A DNA stretch of 64,000 nt, from the NCBI GenBank assembly GCA_001604215.1, contig LVAX01000092.1, forward strand, positions 3,027-67,026. The letters are read 5' to 3'. The notes below the pieces were generated by a model. It saw only the letters and a list, made by a program, of their open reading frames with translations, was not told where the DNA came from and did no database searches. Shown piece by piece: positions 26,425-37,395 of this stretch. The stretch is from Clostridiales bacterium Firm_18. GTDB taxonomy: Bacteria; Bacillota; Clostridia; Monoglobales; Firm-18. Each line of letters starts with the position of its first letter. The stretch's first letter is position 1. The position numbers and the translations under genes were made by a program.

Positions 26425-27786
26425 GTGTTGTTACGATTACCATTTAAAAGCCGTACTTTCAGGGGCGGAGTACACCCTTATGATAATAAGGAACATACAA
26501 GATACCTGAAAATTGAAGAGCTGCCCGCACCTAAGACGATGATTTTCCCGGTGTCACAGCACATCGGCGTCGATTCGCAGGTTGTCGTAGGGGTAGGTGA
26601 CAGCGTAAAAGTCGGCCAGCTTATTGCAAAGCAGGACGGATTTGTTTCCGCCAACCAGCATTCCTCGGTTTCGGGGGTTGTCGCCGCAATTGCGCCCCGT
26701 TTGCATCCTAACGGCAAATACGTTAATTCGATTGTAATCGAAAATGACGAAAAGTACGAAGTTTTTGACGGGATTAAACCAAATAAGCCCGTCAGCGAGC
26801 TTTCTAAGGATGAAATTATTAAAATTGTCAGCGATGCCGGAATAGTCGGCATGGGGGGAGCCACTTTTCCCACCCACGTCAAGCTGTCGCCGCCGCCCGG
26901 CAAAAAAATAGATTATGTTATAATAAACGGGGCCGAATGTGAGCCCTACCTTACTTCGGACCACCGTGTTATGCTTGAAGATGCCGAGCTGCTTTTAACC
27001 GGCTGCAAGGCCCTTATGAAGGCGCTTGACGCGCCCGAATGTATTATTGCCGTGGAGTCCAACAAAAAAGACGCAATAAGGGTAATAGAAGAAAGTATAT
27101 TATACCGCAAAGAGGATTCCATAAGGGTTGCTAAGCTTAAAACAAAATACCCCCAAGGAGCCGAAAAGCAGATAATTTTCGCTGTTTGCGGCAGGGAGGT
27201 TCCGCCCGGAGGTCTTCCCGCAGATGTGGGTGTTATCGTTAACAATGTGGATACCTGCGCCGCGGTGGCAAGGGCAATTACAACGGGTATGCCGCTTATT
27301 ACAAGGATTGTAACGGTATCCGGCAGCGCTATGTCGAATAAAAGAAATTTTAAAGTCCGCATAGGTACCCCCATAAAGGATGTTATTGAAGGTGCCGGAG
27401 GCTTTAAGGAAGAGCCGGTAAAAGTTATTTTGGGCGGCCCGATGATGGGAATTGCGGTTTATTCCCTTGACGTTCCGGTGATAAAGGGAACGGGTGCCGT
27501 ATTGGCTTTGACGGATGACGATATAGGCAAAAAGGTTTCGACCAACTGCACCAGATGCGGCAAATGCGTACAGGTTTGCCCCATGAGGCTTATGCCTACG
27601 ATTATCGACAGGTATTGCGACAGGTTTGATCCCGAAATGCTTGAAAAATATAATATTTTCGATTGCATAGAGTGCGGCGCATGTACCTTTATTTGCCCCG
27701 CACGAAAAGACCCTCTTCAGAAAATAAGAGTGGCAAAGGGAAAAATCACGGCAATAAAAAAGGCAAAAAAGGAAGAAAAGAGGTAG
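26425..27786 (+). CDS. rnfC: Rnf electron transport complex subunit C
   Basis: 453 aa with an AAGGAGG RBS. NADH/FMN site GMGGATFPTHVK and two C-terminal 4Fe-4S motifs (CTRCGKCVQVCP, CIECGACTFICP). Confidence 0.92.
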   Translation: MLLRLPFKSRTFRGGVHPYDNKEHTRYLKIEELPAPKTMIFPVSQHIGVDSQVVVGVGDSVKVGQLIAKQDGFVSANQHSSVSGVVAAIAPRLHPNGKYVNSIVIENDEKYEVFDGIKPNKPVSELSKDEIIKIVSDAGIVGMGGATFPTHVKLSPPPGKKIDYVIINGAECEPYLTSDHRVMLEDAELLLTGCKALMKALDAPECIIAVESNKKDAIRVIEESILYRKEDSIRVAKLKTKYPQGAEKQIIFAVCGREVPPGGLPADVGVIVNNVDTCAAVARAITTGMPLITRIVTVSGSAMSNKRNFKVRIGTPIKDVIEGAGGFKEEPVKVILGGPMMGIAVYSLDVPVIKGTGAVLALTDDDIGKKVSTNCTRCGKCVQVCPMRLMPTIIDRYCDRFDPEMLEKYNIFDCIECGACTFICPARKDPLQKIRVAKGKITAIKKAKKEEKR

Positions 27787-27790
27787 AAAC

Positions 27791-28750
27791 TTGGATAGAA
27801 TGTTAAGAGTCGGCGCTCCGCCGCATATTTTTACCAAAGACAGTACGGCGCTGATAATGCAGGATGTTATTATTGCGCTTTTGCCTGCGCTTCTGGCAGG
27901 CGTGTATATTTTCGGTTACCGTGCCGCACTGCTTACCCTTATTGCGGTTGCAAGCGCGGTTGCTTTTGAGCATTTATGGAATGTTGCCCTAAAGAAACAA
28001 ACTACGGTTTATGACCTGAGTGCAGTCGTGTCGGGTATGCTGCTTGCTTTTAACCTGCCCGCCTCGGCACCGTGGTGGATAGCCGTAGTCGGCAGCTTTT
28101 TTATGATTATAATAGTAAAAATGTGCTTTGGCGGTTTGGGGCAGAACTTTTTAAACCCCGCACTGGGCGCAAGGGCTTTTTTGGTTGCCTCATGGCCGGG
28201 CATTATGACAAACTATGTAAATCCCGGGGCAAAACTGCTGCCGGTTTTATCACCGGATGCCGTTTCTTCGGCAACACCGCTCAGCGGTGAGGTACCCGTT
28301 GATTACATAAGCCTGCTGCTGGGGAATGTGGGAGGATGCATAGGAGAAACTTCAAAGATTGCCCTTTTGATAGGGCTTGCTTACCTGCTTGTTCGCAGGA
28401 TTATAACATGGCATACCCCGGTTGCGTTTGTCGGAACCGTCGCATTGCTTTCCTGGATTTTCGGGGGCGATGGTTATTTCAGCGGCGATTGGCTTTTTCA
28501 TATTTTATCGGGCGGTCTTTTTCTCGGCGCGTTTTTCATGGCAACGGATTATTCAACCACACCCGTAACTCAAAAGGGAGCGTTTGTTTTCGGAGTTGGA
28601 TGCGGGATATTAACCGTTATAATAAGGCTTGCCGGAGGGTATCCCGAAGGTGTCAGCTATTCTATTTTGCTTATGAATGTTGCATCGCCGATAATTGAAA
28701 GGCTTACCGCCCCGAAGCGTTTCGGAAAGGGAGGTTTAAAAAATGCGTGA
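27791..28750 (+). CDS. rnfD: Rnf complex subunit D
   Basis: 319-aa polytopic membrane protein of the NqrB/RnfD pattern, including the FMN-attachment region MATDYSTTP. Confidence 0.9.
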   Translation: MDRMLRVGAPPHIFTKDSTALIMQDVIIALLPALLAGVYIFGYRAALLTLIAVASAVAFEHLWNVALKKQTTVYDLSAVVSGMLLAFNLPASAPWWIAVVGSFFMIIIVKMCFGGLGQNFLNPALGARAFLVASWPGIMTNYVNPGAKLLPVLSPDAVSSATPLSGEVPVDYISLLLGNVGGCIGETSKIALLIGLAYLLVRRIITWHTPVAFVGTVALLSWIFGGDGYFSGDWLFHILSGGLFLGAFFMATDYSTTPVTQKGAFVFGVGCGILTVIIRLAGGYPEGVSYSILLMNVASPIIERLTAPKRFGKGGLKNA

Positions 28751-29312
28751 TTATGTTAGACTTGGCGGAATATTATTTATAATTACGGCATCGGTTGCGC
28801 TTGTGTTGTCAATCGGCAACCATGCCACAAAGGAAAGGCAAAAGGCTTTGACCGACGAGACCGCGAATAAGGCGCGCCTTGAGGTAATAAGCAGCGCAGA
28901 GGATGTTTTGGAGGATACCGCTGAAACGATGGAGTATTCTAAGGAAGGAAGCTCGGTTAAATCGGTTACAAGCTATAAAAAATCGGACGGCAGCCACATT
29001 TATGCTGTTTTCTGCACTCCGAAGGGTTACGGCGGCGAGATTTCAATGATGGTTGGGGTGGACGATAAGCTGACTGTTACGGATATAAGCATAACGGACA
29101 GCACAAAGGAAACGCCGGGGCTTGGCTCACGGGTAGGCGATACCGCGTTTTTAAGCCAGTTTGCCGGAAAGGGAAAAAATATCGGCATTAATAAAAACCA
29201 GCCGGAAGGTAATGAAATTCAGGCTGTAACGGGCGCAACCATATCGTCAAAAGCCGTTGTAAAAGGAACAAACGACGCAATTGATGCGGTAGAGGAGGTT
29301 ATGGGCAGGTGA
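28743..29312 (+). CDS. rnfG: Rnf complex subunit G (FMN-binding)
   Basis: 189 aa with an N-terminal anchor and the FMN-binding motif VTGATISSKAV. Confidence 0.88.
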   Translation: MRDYVRLGGILFIITASVALVLSIGNHATKERQKALTDETANKARLEVISSAEDVLEDTAETMEYSKEGSSVKSVTSYKKSDGSHIYAVFCTPKGYGGEISMMVGVDDKLTVTDISITDSTKETPGLGSRVGDTAFLSQFAGKGKNIGINKNQPEGNEIQAVTGATISSKAVVKGTNDAIDAVEEVMGR

Positions 29313-29905
29313 GAAAAGCATTTATTAACGGGTTAATCACCGAAAACCCCACATTTGTTCAACTGCTCGGCATGTGTCCGCTTCTTGCCGTTACAACCTC
29401 GGTTGCAAACGCTATCGGCATGGGCCTGTCGGCAACCGTTGTGCTGATGTGCTCCAACGTTGCGATATCGCTGATACGAAGGTTTATACCCGACAAAATA
29501 AGAATAGCATCTTTTGTAGTTGTAATTGCCGGCTTTGTAACGCTTGTGGATTTGATGCTTAAAGCGTATCTTCCGGCTCTGTCACAATCCCTCGGCATTT
29601 TTATACCTCTTATTGTCGTTAACTGTATAATACTTGCAAGGGCAGAGGCTTTTGCTTCGAAAAACAATGTTTTAAACAGCGCGTTCGACGGCTTGGGCAT
29701 GGGGCTTGGATTTACCTTAGGGCTTTTAACCTTAGCCTCGGTGAGGGAGATTATCGGGAACGGAACGTTTCTCGGATTTCCCCTTTTCGGCCAGAGCTAC
29801 CGTCCGGCCATTATGGCAATACTTCCGCCGGGCGGCTTTATACTGCTCGGATTGATACTCGGAACGGTTAATGCGGTAAAGGCAAGGAGGAAGAAGAATG
29901 CTTAG
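29309..29905 (+). CDS. rnfE: Rnf complex subunit E
   Basis: 198-aa membrane protein of the RnfE/NqrD pattern (LGMCPLLAVT..., IPLIVVNCIIL). Confidence 0.9.
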   Translation: MRKAFINGLITENPTFVQLLGMCPLLAVTTSVANAIGMGLSATVVLMCSNVAISLIRRFIPDKIRIASFVVVIAGFVTLVDLMLKAYLPALSQSLGIFIPLIVVNCIILARAEAFASKNNVLNSAFDGLGMGLGFTLGLLTLASVREIIGNGTFLGFPLFGQSYRPAIMAILPPGGFILLGLILGTVNAVKARRKKNA

Positions 29906-30479
29906 GGATATACTTGTTATTGCAATATCGGCTATTTTTATAGAAAATTTCGTGCTTGTCAAGTTTTTGGGCATATGCCCGTTTTTGGGAGTGTCGAAAA
30001 AGATACAAACCGCAATGGGCATGGGTATGGCGGTAACCTTTGTAATGGCAATGGCTTCCGCCCTCACCTGGTGCATTAACCATTTTATATTGCAGCCCTG
30101 CGGGCTGGATTACCTTCAGACGATAGCTTTCATACTTGTAATTGCAGCGCTGGTGCAGCTGGTTGAGATGTTCTTGCAGAAAATGCTGCCGGGCCTTTAC
30201 AACGCACTGGGAATATACCTTCCGCTTATAACTACAAACTGTGCGGTTTTAGGAGTTGCACTGCTTAATATTCAAAATGAGTTTAACCTTATTAAATCAA
30301 TAGTTTACGGAGCAAGTGCCGCGCTTGGCTTTACGCTTGCCATAGTGTTGTTCGCCGGCGTCAGGGAGCACCTTGAGTTTTCCGAAATACCCGAAGCCTT
30401 GAAAGGTTTCCCCATAGCTTTGATTACCGCGGGGCTGATATCGATAGCTTTCCTCGGGTTTTCGGGCTTGCAGATTTGA
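29898..30479 (+). CDS. rnfA: Rnf complex subunit A
   Basis: 193-aa membrane protein of the RnfA/NqrE pattern (LGICPFLGVS, LPLITTNCAVLG). Confidence 0.9.
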   Translation: MLRDILVIAISAIFIENFVLVKFLGICPFLGVSKKIQTAMGMGMAVTFVMAMASALTWCINHFILQPCGLDYLQTIAFILVIAALVQLVEMFLQKMLPGLYNALGIYLPLITTNCAVLGVALLNIQNEFNLIKSIVYGASAALGFTLAIVLFAGVREHLEFSEIPEALKGFPIALITAGLISIAFLGFSGLQI

Positions 30480-30499
30480 CCTAAAGGAGGTAAACGACA

Positions 30500-31303
30500 A
30501 TGCATATATTAATACCCGTCGTGGCGCTCGGCGCAATAGGGCTTGTGCTTGGGGTGCTGCTTGCGGCGGCTTCAAAATATCTTTCGGTGGAGCAGGACGA
30601 GAGGATTGGGCAAATTGAAGAGGCTCTTCCGGGTGCAAACTGCGGTGCGTGCAGCTATGCGGGCTGCGCGGTGCTTGCGGCCGCGATAGCTGAAGGGAAG
30701 GCTCCTGTTAACGCATGTCCTGTTGGGGGCGCAAAAAGCAGCGAAATAATAGCCGGAATAATGGGGGTTGAAAACAGCCCCGCAGCGGAAAACGTTGCTG
30801 TTGTTATGTGCAGGGGCATAAGCGGTGCGGCGCAAAAAAAATATTTGTACGAAGGCTTTGAGGACTGTGATATTGCAAACCGTTTGGCGGGCGGAGGCAA
30901 GGCCTGCGAATACGGCTGCTTAGGTCTGGGAAACTGTGTTAGAGTATGTCAATTTGATGCGATTAAGGTTGAAGATTCGGTTGCGGTGGTTGATCCGGAA
31001 AAATGCACCGCTTGCGGCTTGTGTGTTGCGGCATGCCCGAAGAAAGTCATACACCTTGTGCCGAAGGAAAGGCAATACACTGTCCGTTGTATTTCTCAGG
31101 ATAAGGGCGCGCAAATGAAAAATCTGTGCAGTGTGGGATGCATCGCATGCCGTCTTTGTGAAAAGGCGTGCCGGTTTGATGCAATCAAGGTCAAGGATAA
31201 TTTTGCGATAATAGATTACGACAAGTGTACGGACTGCGGCAAGTGCTTTGAAGCATGTCCCAAAAAAATTATATACAAAAAAGAGTTGCCAAACGAAGCA
31301 TAA
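30500..31303 (+). CDS. rnfB: Rnf complex subunit B (polyferredoxin)
   Basis: 267 aa with an N-terminal anchor, the CGACSYAGC cluster and several CxxCxxCxxxCP motifs. Confidence 0.9.
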   Translation: MHILIPVVALGAIGLVLGVLLAAASKYLSVEQDERIGQIEEALPGANCGACSYAGCAVLAAAIAEGKAPVNACPVGGAKSSEIIAGIMGVENSPAAENVAVVMCRGISGAAQKKYLYEGFEDCDIANRLAGGGKACEYGCLGLGNCVRVCQFDAIKVEDSVAVVDPEKCTACGLCVAACPKKVIHLVPKERQYTVRCISQDKGAQMKNLCSVGCIACRLCEKACRFDAIKVKDNFAIIDYDKCTDCGKCFEACPKKIIYKKELPNEA

Positions 31304-31380
31304 AGTTGTATAATAAAGGTTATATATTATCGTTATATATAAATAGCGTTATAGCGGCAGAAAGGAAGGGCTTGTAAACC

Positions 31381-32223
31381 TTGAAAAAAGTAATTGCCGC
31401 TCACGACCTTTCGGGCCTTGGAAAAGCTTCATTGGGAAGTGTCATACCCATAATATCTTCTATGGGAAGTGTGGTATGCAGTTTGCCTACCGCTGTTTTA
31501 TCCACAATAACGGGTGTATTCGACGGTTATTCCATTACCGATTTGACGGAGCAAATGATAAAAACCATATCTCATTGGGAAAGTCTGAAAGCAGACTTTG
31601 ACATTATATACAGCGGTTTTTTGGGCAGCCATGAGCAAGTGGATGTTATATTATCCGCAATTGAACGCTTTAAAGGCTGCTATGTTATAGTGGACCCTGT
31701 TTTTGCGGATAACGGAAGGCTTTATCCCACTATGAGCCATGAAATGGTTAAAAACATGAAACGTTTGGTTTCCCGGGCAAACCTGATAACTCCGAATTTT
31801 ACGGAGGCATGCTTTTTGCTTGACGAAAACCCGGAAACTAAGGCGGACGATAACACACTGAAAAAGTGGCTTTCAAGGCTTTGTGATATGGGGCCGGAGC
31901 GCTGTGTCATAACAAGCTGCCCGTTGGGAAAGGATATTTGTGTGGCGGCATACGACAGGATTAAGAATGAATATTGGAAGCTAATTTGCAGGTATATACC
32001 GATTGAATTTCACGGCACGGGTGATATTTTTACCAGCGTTTTAACCGGTGCTGTTGCGCGCGGCGATTGCTTTGAAGCGGCAATCAGTCTTTCGGCAAGC
32101 TTCGTACGCGATGCCATTGACGCCACCTCGGGCGAGGATTGGGACAGGCGTTACGGACTGCTGATTGAAAAGGTGCTTGAAAAGGTAACACGGCCTGCCG
32201 TGAATATGTGTGAAAGGTTTTAA
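31381..32223 (+). CDS. pdxK: pyridoxal/pyridoxamine kinase (ribokinase superfamily)
   Basis: 280 aa with a TTG start. Motifs DPVFADNGRLY, ITPNFTEA and the anion-hole GTGDIFTS. Confidence 0.75.
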   Translation: MKKVIAAHDLSGLGKASLGSVIPIISSMGSVVCSLPTAVLSTITGVFDGYSITDLTEQMIKTISHWESLKADFDIIYSGFLGSHEQVDVILSAIERFKGCYVIVDPVFADNGRLYPTMSHEMVKNMKRLVSRANLITPNFTEACFLLDENPETKADDNTLKKWLSRLCDMGPERCVITSCPLGKDICVAAYDRIKNEYWKLICRYIPIEFHGTGDIFTSVLTGAVARGDCFEAAISLSASFVRDAIDATSGEDWDRRYGLLIEKVLEKVTRPAVNMCERF

Positions 32224-32226
32224 CAT

Positions 32227-33093
32227 ATGTGGATAGCTGATGGTTGGCGGCAATATACCCTTATTGATTCAGGTGACGGCGAGCGGCTTGAAAAATGGGG
32301 CAATTTTTATCTTATACGGCCCGAGCCCCAGGCTATATGGAAAAGCCCCCGGAATAACGGTTATTGGCATAAACCCAATGCAGTTTATTTCAGGAGTGAA
32401 AAGGGCGGGGGTCATTGGGAATATAAGACCCGCTTGCCCGAAAGCTGGGTTATAGACCAAAACGGATTAAAGTTTAAAATTAAGCCGATGGGCTTTAAGC
32501 ACATGGGGCTTTTTCCGGAGCAGCTTGTTAACTGGAATTGGTGCGGCGGTCTTATCAAAGCCGCAAACCGGCCGGTTAAGGTTTTAAACTTGTTTGCATA
32601 TACGGGCGGAGCAACGGTTGCCGCCGCAAAGGCGGGGGCATTTGTATGCCATGTTGACGCTTCAAAGGGAATGGTGTCACATGCCAGGGAAAATGTTGTT
32701 TTATCCGGATTGGGCGAAAAAAGTGTCCGGTATATAGTTGACGATTGCGTAAAATTTATAGAGCGCGAGCATCGCAGGGGAAATAAATATGACGGGATAA
32801 TAATGGATCCCCCGTCTTACGGCAGGGGGCCGAAGGGTGAGGTTTGGCAGATAGAAGCCGAGCTTTTCGGTTTTGTTGAGAAATGCGCTTTGCTGCTGTC
32901 GGACAATCCCCTGTTTGTACTGCTTAACTCGTACACTACCGGGCTTAGTGCGGGGACTATGAAAAATATACTTGAAATGACGGTTTCGAAAAAATTTAAA
33001 GGCATTGTGTCTGCCGATGAAATAGGTCTTGCGATGAGCGAAAACGGGCTTGTTCTTCCGTGCGGCTCGTCGGCGCGTTGGGAGAGGCTATGA
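32227..33093 (+). CDS. class I SAM-dependent methyltransferase (RlmI-like rRNA m5C methyltransferase family)
   Basis: 288 aa with the SAM-binding stretch [13 protein letters not shown] and catalytic motif IIMDPPSYG. Confidence 0.7.
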   Translation: MWIADGWRQYTLIDSGDGERLEKWGNFYLIRPEPQAIWKSPRNNGYWHKPNAVYFRSEKGGGHWEYKTRLPESWVIDQNGLKFKIKPMGFKHMGLFPEQLVNWNWCGGLIKAANRPVKVLNLFAYTGGATVAAAKAGAFVCHVDASKGMVSHARENVVLSGLGEKSVRYIVDDCVKFIEREHRRGNKYDGIIMDPPSYGRGPKGEVWQIEAELFGFVEKCALLLSDNPLFVLLNSYTTGLSAGTMKNILEMTVSKKFKGIVSADEIGLAMSENGLVLPCGSSARWERL

Positions 33094-33914
33094 TTAAAAC
33101 AAAAAATTTGGAATTTAAATATAACGTTGATTTAGACCCTGTTATAAAAAATATAAACATTAATATAAAAAAGGGCGAATTTGTTGCGGTTTTAGGACAT
33201 AACGGAAGCGGAAAATCCACTCTTGCGAAGCATTTTAACGCCATATTGCTTCCTTCGGGCGGCGCCGTGTATATTCGCGGTATGGATACGCGAAACGAGA
33301 ATCTGCTGTATGAAATACGCCGCGAAATAGGCATGGTGTTTCAAAACCCGGACAACCAGATAGTAGCCACAATAGTGGAGGAGGATGTGGCGTTTGCCCT
33401 TGAAAACCTCGGAGTGCCATCGCAGGAAATCAGGAAAACGGTTGATTGGGCGTTGGAAACGGTGGGAATGTCGGAATATAAAAAACATGCGCCCCATCTT
33501 TTATCCGGAGGACAGAAGCAAAGGATAGCGATAGCGGGCATACTTGCCATGAAGCCGGAGTGCATTGTTCTGGACGAACCTACCGCAATGCTCGACCCAA
33601 TAGGGCGGGGCGAGGTTATAAACACCTTAAAGCGTCTAAATAAATCCGAAGAAATAACGATAATACTTATAACCCACAATATGGACGAGGCGGTTTTTGC
33701 CCACCGTGTTTTGGTTATGAACGATGGAGAAATCATAAAAGAAGGTACGCCGGCGGATGTATTTTCGGACGTGGAGGGGATGAAGTCGGTGGGCCTTGAC
33801 GTCCCGCAGGTTACCGAGCTTATGTATGAGCTTCGAAAGGAAGGAATCGATGTCCCCCAGGATGTTTTGACAATTGAGCAGGCATACGAGGTGTTATCGG
33901 AGGTATTGTGTTGA
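33090..33914 (+). CDS. ecfA1: ECF transporter ATPase component 1
   Basis: Walker [10 protein letters not shown], signature LSGGQKQR, Walker [12 protein letters not shown]. Start chosen at the Met ([11 protein letters not shown]) that just overlaps the upstream stop. Confidence 0.9.
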   Translation: MIKTKNLEFKYNVDLDPVIKNININIKKGEFVAVLGHNGSGKSTLAKHFNAILLPSGGAVYIRGMDTRNENLLYEIRREIGMVFQNPDNQIVATIVEEDVAFALENLGVPSQEIRKTVDWALETVGMSEYKKHAPHLLSGGQKQRIAIAGILAMKPECIVLDEPTAMLDPIGRGEVINTLKRLNKSEEITIILITHNMDEAVFAHRVLVMNDGEIIKEGTPADVFSDVEGMKSVGLDVPQVTELMYELRKEGIDVPQDVLTIEQAYEVLSEVLC

Positions 33915-34744
33915 TTATCAAGGCTGAAAATATAAGCTACACATATTCTGAAGGCGGTCCGTTTGAAAAAGCTGCCTTATATAACGTGTCCTTGACGATA
34001 AACCGCGGGGATTTTGTCGGTATAATAGGCCATACGGGGAGCGGGAAATCCACCCTTGTACAGCATTTCAACGGCTTGCTGAAGCCCGAGAGCGGAAGGC
34101 TGACGGTGGACGGTATCGACACCTCGGAGAAAAAAGCAGATTTAAAAAAGGTAAGAACAAAGGTAGGCCTTGTTTTTCAATATCCGGAGCACCAACTTTT
34201 TGAGGAAACGGTACGCAAGGATATTGCGTTTGCCCCTGTTAACATGGGGCTTTCGCCGGACGAAATTCACGACAGGGTTATATGGGCGTCCCGGCTTGTG
34301 GGCTTGCCGGAAGAAATATTGGACAAATCACCTTTTGAAATTTCCGGCGGGCAGAAAAGGCGCGCCGCAATAGCAGGAGTGCTTGCCATGAAGCCGGAGG
34401 TTCTGGTGCTGGACGAACCTACCGCAGGGCTTGACCCCCGCGGCAGGGATGAAATACTCAGGCAAATCAAAAAGCTGCATGACGAGACAGGCATTACCGT
34501 TGTTCTGGTATCACACGGCATGGAGGACATTGCAAATACGGTTAATTATTTATACGTTATGAATAACGGGCGTATAGTAATGCATGGCGAGCCGATGAAA
34601 GTGTTTTCCCGTTATGAAGAGCTGGAAGAAATGGGCCTAACCGCGCCCCAGGTAACAAAGCTTATGAAAAAGCTGTGCGGTTTGGATGTATGCACCGTCC
34701 ATCAGGCCAAGGAGTATATATTGGGGGTGCTGCGTCGTGCTTAA
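33908..34744 (+). CDS. ecfA2: ECF transporter ATPase component 2
   Basis: Walker [10 protein letters not shown], signature ISGGQKRR, Walker [12 protein letters not shown]. Confidence 0.9.
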   Translation: MLIIKAENISYTYSEGGPFEKAALYNVSLTINRGDFVGIIGHTGSGKSTLVQHFNGLLKPESGRLTVDGIDTSEKKADLKKVRTKVGLVFQYPEHQLFEETVRKDIAFAPVNMGLSPDEIHDRVIWASRLVGLPEEILDKSPFEISGGQKRRAAIAGVLAMKPEVLVLDEPTAGLDPRGRDEILRQIKKLHDETGITVVLVSHGMEDIANTVNYLYVMNNGRIVMHGEPMKVFSRYEELEEMGLTAPQVTKLMKKLCGLDVCTVHQAKEYILGVLRRA

Positions 34745-35537
34745 GGACATAACGCTCGGTCAGTATTTTCCGGGGAACTCTTTTATACACAGGCTTGACG
34801 CGATGATAAAGCTGATTTTATCCGCTGTTTATTTGGTTATAATTTTTCTTATAAAAAATTTTTACGGTTACGGGCTGCTTGCGGCCTTTACACTGTTTAC
34901 GATTATTATATCGACCGTCCCGCTGAAATTTGTTTTAAAGGGCATAAAACCGCTTTTGTGGTTTATAATTTTTACCGCGATACTTAATTTGTTTATGACG
35001 GGCGGAACCGTCATTTGGCAATTTGGTTTTTTAAAGCTGACAAAGGAAGGCATATCTTTTGCCGTATTTATGATGCTCAGGATTGTTTTTCTTGTATTGG
35101 GGACATCGCTTCTGACATATACAACCTCACCGATAGCGCTGACCGACGGTATTGAGCGGCTGCTGACGCCGTTTGGCAAAATGGGGCTGCCCACTCACGA
35201 GCTTGCGATGATGATGAGCATTGCCCTTAGATTCATACCCACACTTCTTGAAGAAACGGACAAAATCATGAAGGCGCAAATGGCGCGGGGGGCGGATTTC
35301 CAAAGCGGGAATCTGATAAAAAGGGCAAAGGCTTTAATACCGCTTTTGGTGCCTCTTTTTATCAGTGCGTTCAGGAGAGCGGACGAGCTTGCCATAGCAA
35401 TGGAATGCCGCTGCTACCGCGGAGGCAAAAACCGCACCCGGCTGAACGAGTCGAAAATAGGGTATCCGGATATAATTGCCTGCGTTTTTGTATTATTGTT
35501 TGCGCTTGCGATTATATCGGTGAATAAAGCGGGGTGA
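34737..35537 (+). CDS. ecfT: ECF transporter transmembrane component T
   Basis: CbiQ/EcfT-type membrane protein with the ARG motifs (MARGADF, FRRADELAIAMECR). The GTG at 34737 overlapping the ecfA2 stop is taken as the start; the listed ORF begins at 34686. Confidence 0.85.
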   Translation: MLKDITLGQYFPGNSFIHRLDAMIKLILSAVYLVIIFLIKNFYGYGLLAAFTLFTIIISTVPLKFVLKGIKPLLWFIIFTAILNLFMTGGTVIWQFGFLKLTKEGISFAVFMMLRIVFLVLGTSLLTYTTSPIALTDGIERLLTPFGKMGLPTHELAMMMSIALRFIPTLLEETDKIMKAQMARGADFQSGNLIKRAKALIPLLVPLFISAFRRADELAIAMECRCYRGGKNRTRLNESKIGYPDIIACVFVLLFALAIISVNKAG

Positions 35538-35541
35538 TGCT

Positions 35542-36303
35542 TTGAGAAACCTTGCGCTTATGCTTTGCTTTAACGGGAGCCGTTATCACGGGTGGCAGCG
35601 CCAGAAAAACGCAATAACGGTGGATGAAACACTGTCGAAGGCCGTCCGGAAAATTACCGGCCTTTGCCCCGAAATCACCGGCTGCAGCAGGACCGATGCC
35701 GGAGTACACGCACTTGAATTTGTATGTAATTTCCGAAGCGACACTTCAATTCCCTTGTCCAAGCTTCCGTTTGCTCTTAATACCGCACTTCCGCCGGACA
35801 TAAGAGTTTTAAAATGCGGTGCTGCGAGCGACAGTTTCCATTCCCGGTTCAGTGCGGTGTCAAAAACGTATATTTATAAGGCCTATAACAGCAAAATATC
35901 AAATCCTTTTCTTGAAAATTCAGCTTATCACTTCCCTTACGAACTGGATTTCGAAAAAATGAAAAAGGCTGCGGCTCATTTTATCGGCAGGCATGACTTT
36001 TCGTCATTTATGGCTTCCGGCGGCTCTCAAAAGACTACCGAAAGATGTATTCATTCTCTTAATCTTACAAAAAATGAAGATGTTTATCTTTTTGAAATAA
36101 CCGCCGACGCATTCCTTTATAATATGGTCAGGATTATTGCCGGGACGCTGCTTTATGTGGGAATCGGAAGGATAAAGGAAAGCGATATACCGGGTATAAT
36201 AAAAAGCAGGGACAGGAAAAAAAGCGGTATTACCGCCGGCCCGATGGGGCTTTATTTGGCAAAGGTTTGCTACGGTGACGGGGGTGTACTATGGGACGAG
36301 TGA
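35542..36303 (+). CDS. truA: tRNA pseudouridine(38-40) synthase
   Basis: 253 aa with a TTG start. Motifs GSRYHGWQRQ and the catalytic Asp motif RTDAGVHA. Confidence 0.92.
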   Translation: MRNLALMLCFNGSRYHGWQRQKNAITVDETLSKAVRKITGLCPEITGCSRTDAGVHALEFVCNFRSDTSIPLSKLPFALNTALPPDIRVLKCGAASDSFHSRFSAVSKTYIYKAYNSKISNPFLENSAYHFPYELDFEKMKKAAAHFIGRHDFSSFMASGGSQKTTERCIHSLNLTKNEDVYLFEITADAFLYNMVRIIAGTLLYVGIGRIKESDIPGIIKSRDRKKSGITAGPMGLYLAKVCYGDGGVLWDE

Positions 36304-37382
36304 AAAAAAACAAGAATAAATCGGCGTACTACGCAGTAATAATTATAATAATAATTATTTTGGCTTTTGCGGTGTACCAAAACCGGGGCACGCTCAGAGC
36401 GCTGAATGGCAGCAGCGAAGTATTTTCCTATGAATCGGGGCAGAATTTCAGTTTTGACACCCAAAACGGTAATGTTGTCGCAATCGGCAGCGACGGCGCC
36501 CAGTGCTTCTCGGACAAGGGCATCCGCAAATGGAATGTCATACGCAGGTTTGTAAATCCGCGCATGCAAAACGAGGGCGATTTCAATCTTTTTTACGAAA
36601 AGGGCAACAAGGAAGTTTATCTTTATTCGGACGGCTCAAAAATTTGGGAATACGTTTCGGACCAGCCGATAATTGCCGCGAAAATCAATGCAAAAGGCTA
36701 TGCGGCCGTTGTATCGTACGAAACGGGGTACAGGGCCAAAATAGAAATAATAGACGGACTGGGCAGTCTTTTGTACAAATGGCAGCTCAGCGAGGACTAT
36801 GTGATAGACGCCGACGTCTCCCCCGACTGCAAGCAGTTTGCGGCGGCAACGGTAAGCCCCAACGACGCAAATGTTACAAGCAGGGTTACGGTGGTTGATA
36901 TCGACGGCGAAAAAATAACCGGCGAAACGTTGCTTGAAGGTACGCTGACAGTATGTATCGAGTATCAGAAAAACGGCTCTATTGCAGCCGTCGGCAGCGA
37001 CAAGCTTGTCTGTATATCTCCAAGGGGCGAAATGCAATGGGCTGTTGATTTTGAAGAAAAGCAGCTTCAAAAATTCAAGCTTGGATATAATACAAGCCAT
37101 ATCCTGACATTCGAAGGGAGCAGGAACAACAGCATACTTGAAATATACGGCAAAGACGGGAAAAAAACGGGCGAATACATATCCGGGGAAGAGATTAAGG
37201 ATATTGACATAAACGGCGCCACGATAGCCGTGCTGGAGAAACAGGAATTATCCCTTATAAGCCTTAAAGGTGCGGTGATGTCGGAAACGGAGCTTAAAAA
37301 AGACGTTAAGAAGGTAATGCTTCTGCCGAAAAACCGCATAGCGGCGGTGGGAAGCAGCTCGGTTGAAATTATTAAACCGTAG
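36291..37382 (+). CDS. membrane-anchored protein of unknown function (repetitive beta-rich ectodomain)
   Basis: 363 aa. N-terminal basic stretch plus a poly-Ile TM helix, followed by a beta-strand-rich sequence. Confidence 0.6.
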   Translation: MGRVKKNKNKSAYYAVIIIIIIILAFAVYQNRGTLRALNGSSEVFSYESGQNFSFDTQNGNVVAIGSDGAQCFSDKGIRKWNVIRRFVNPRMQNEGDFNLFYEKGNKEVYLYSDGSKIWEYVSDQPIIAAKINAKGYAAVVSYETGYRAKIEIIDGLGSLLYKWQLSEDYVIDADVSPDCKQFAAATVSPNDANVTSRVTVVDIDGEKITGETLLEGTLTVCIEYQKNGSIAAVGSDKLVCISPRGEMQWAVDFEEKQLQKFKLGYNTSHILTFEGSRNNSILEIYGKDGKKTGEYISGEEIKDIDINGATIAVLEKQELSLISLKGAVMSETELKKDVKKVMLLPKNRIAAVGSSSVEIIKP

Positions 37383-37395
37383 AGGGAGGATTAAT

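Noticed and set aside
36330-36362. AT-only run (ATAATTATAATAATAATTATT) as a possible regulatory or slippage element
   Set aside because: It is in frame and encodes the poly-Ile core of the N-terminal TM helix of the 363-aa membrane protein.
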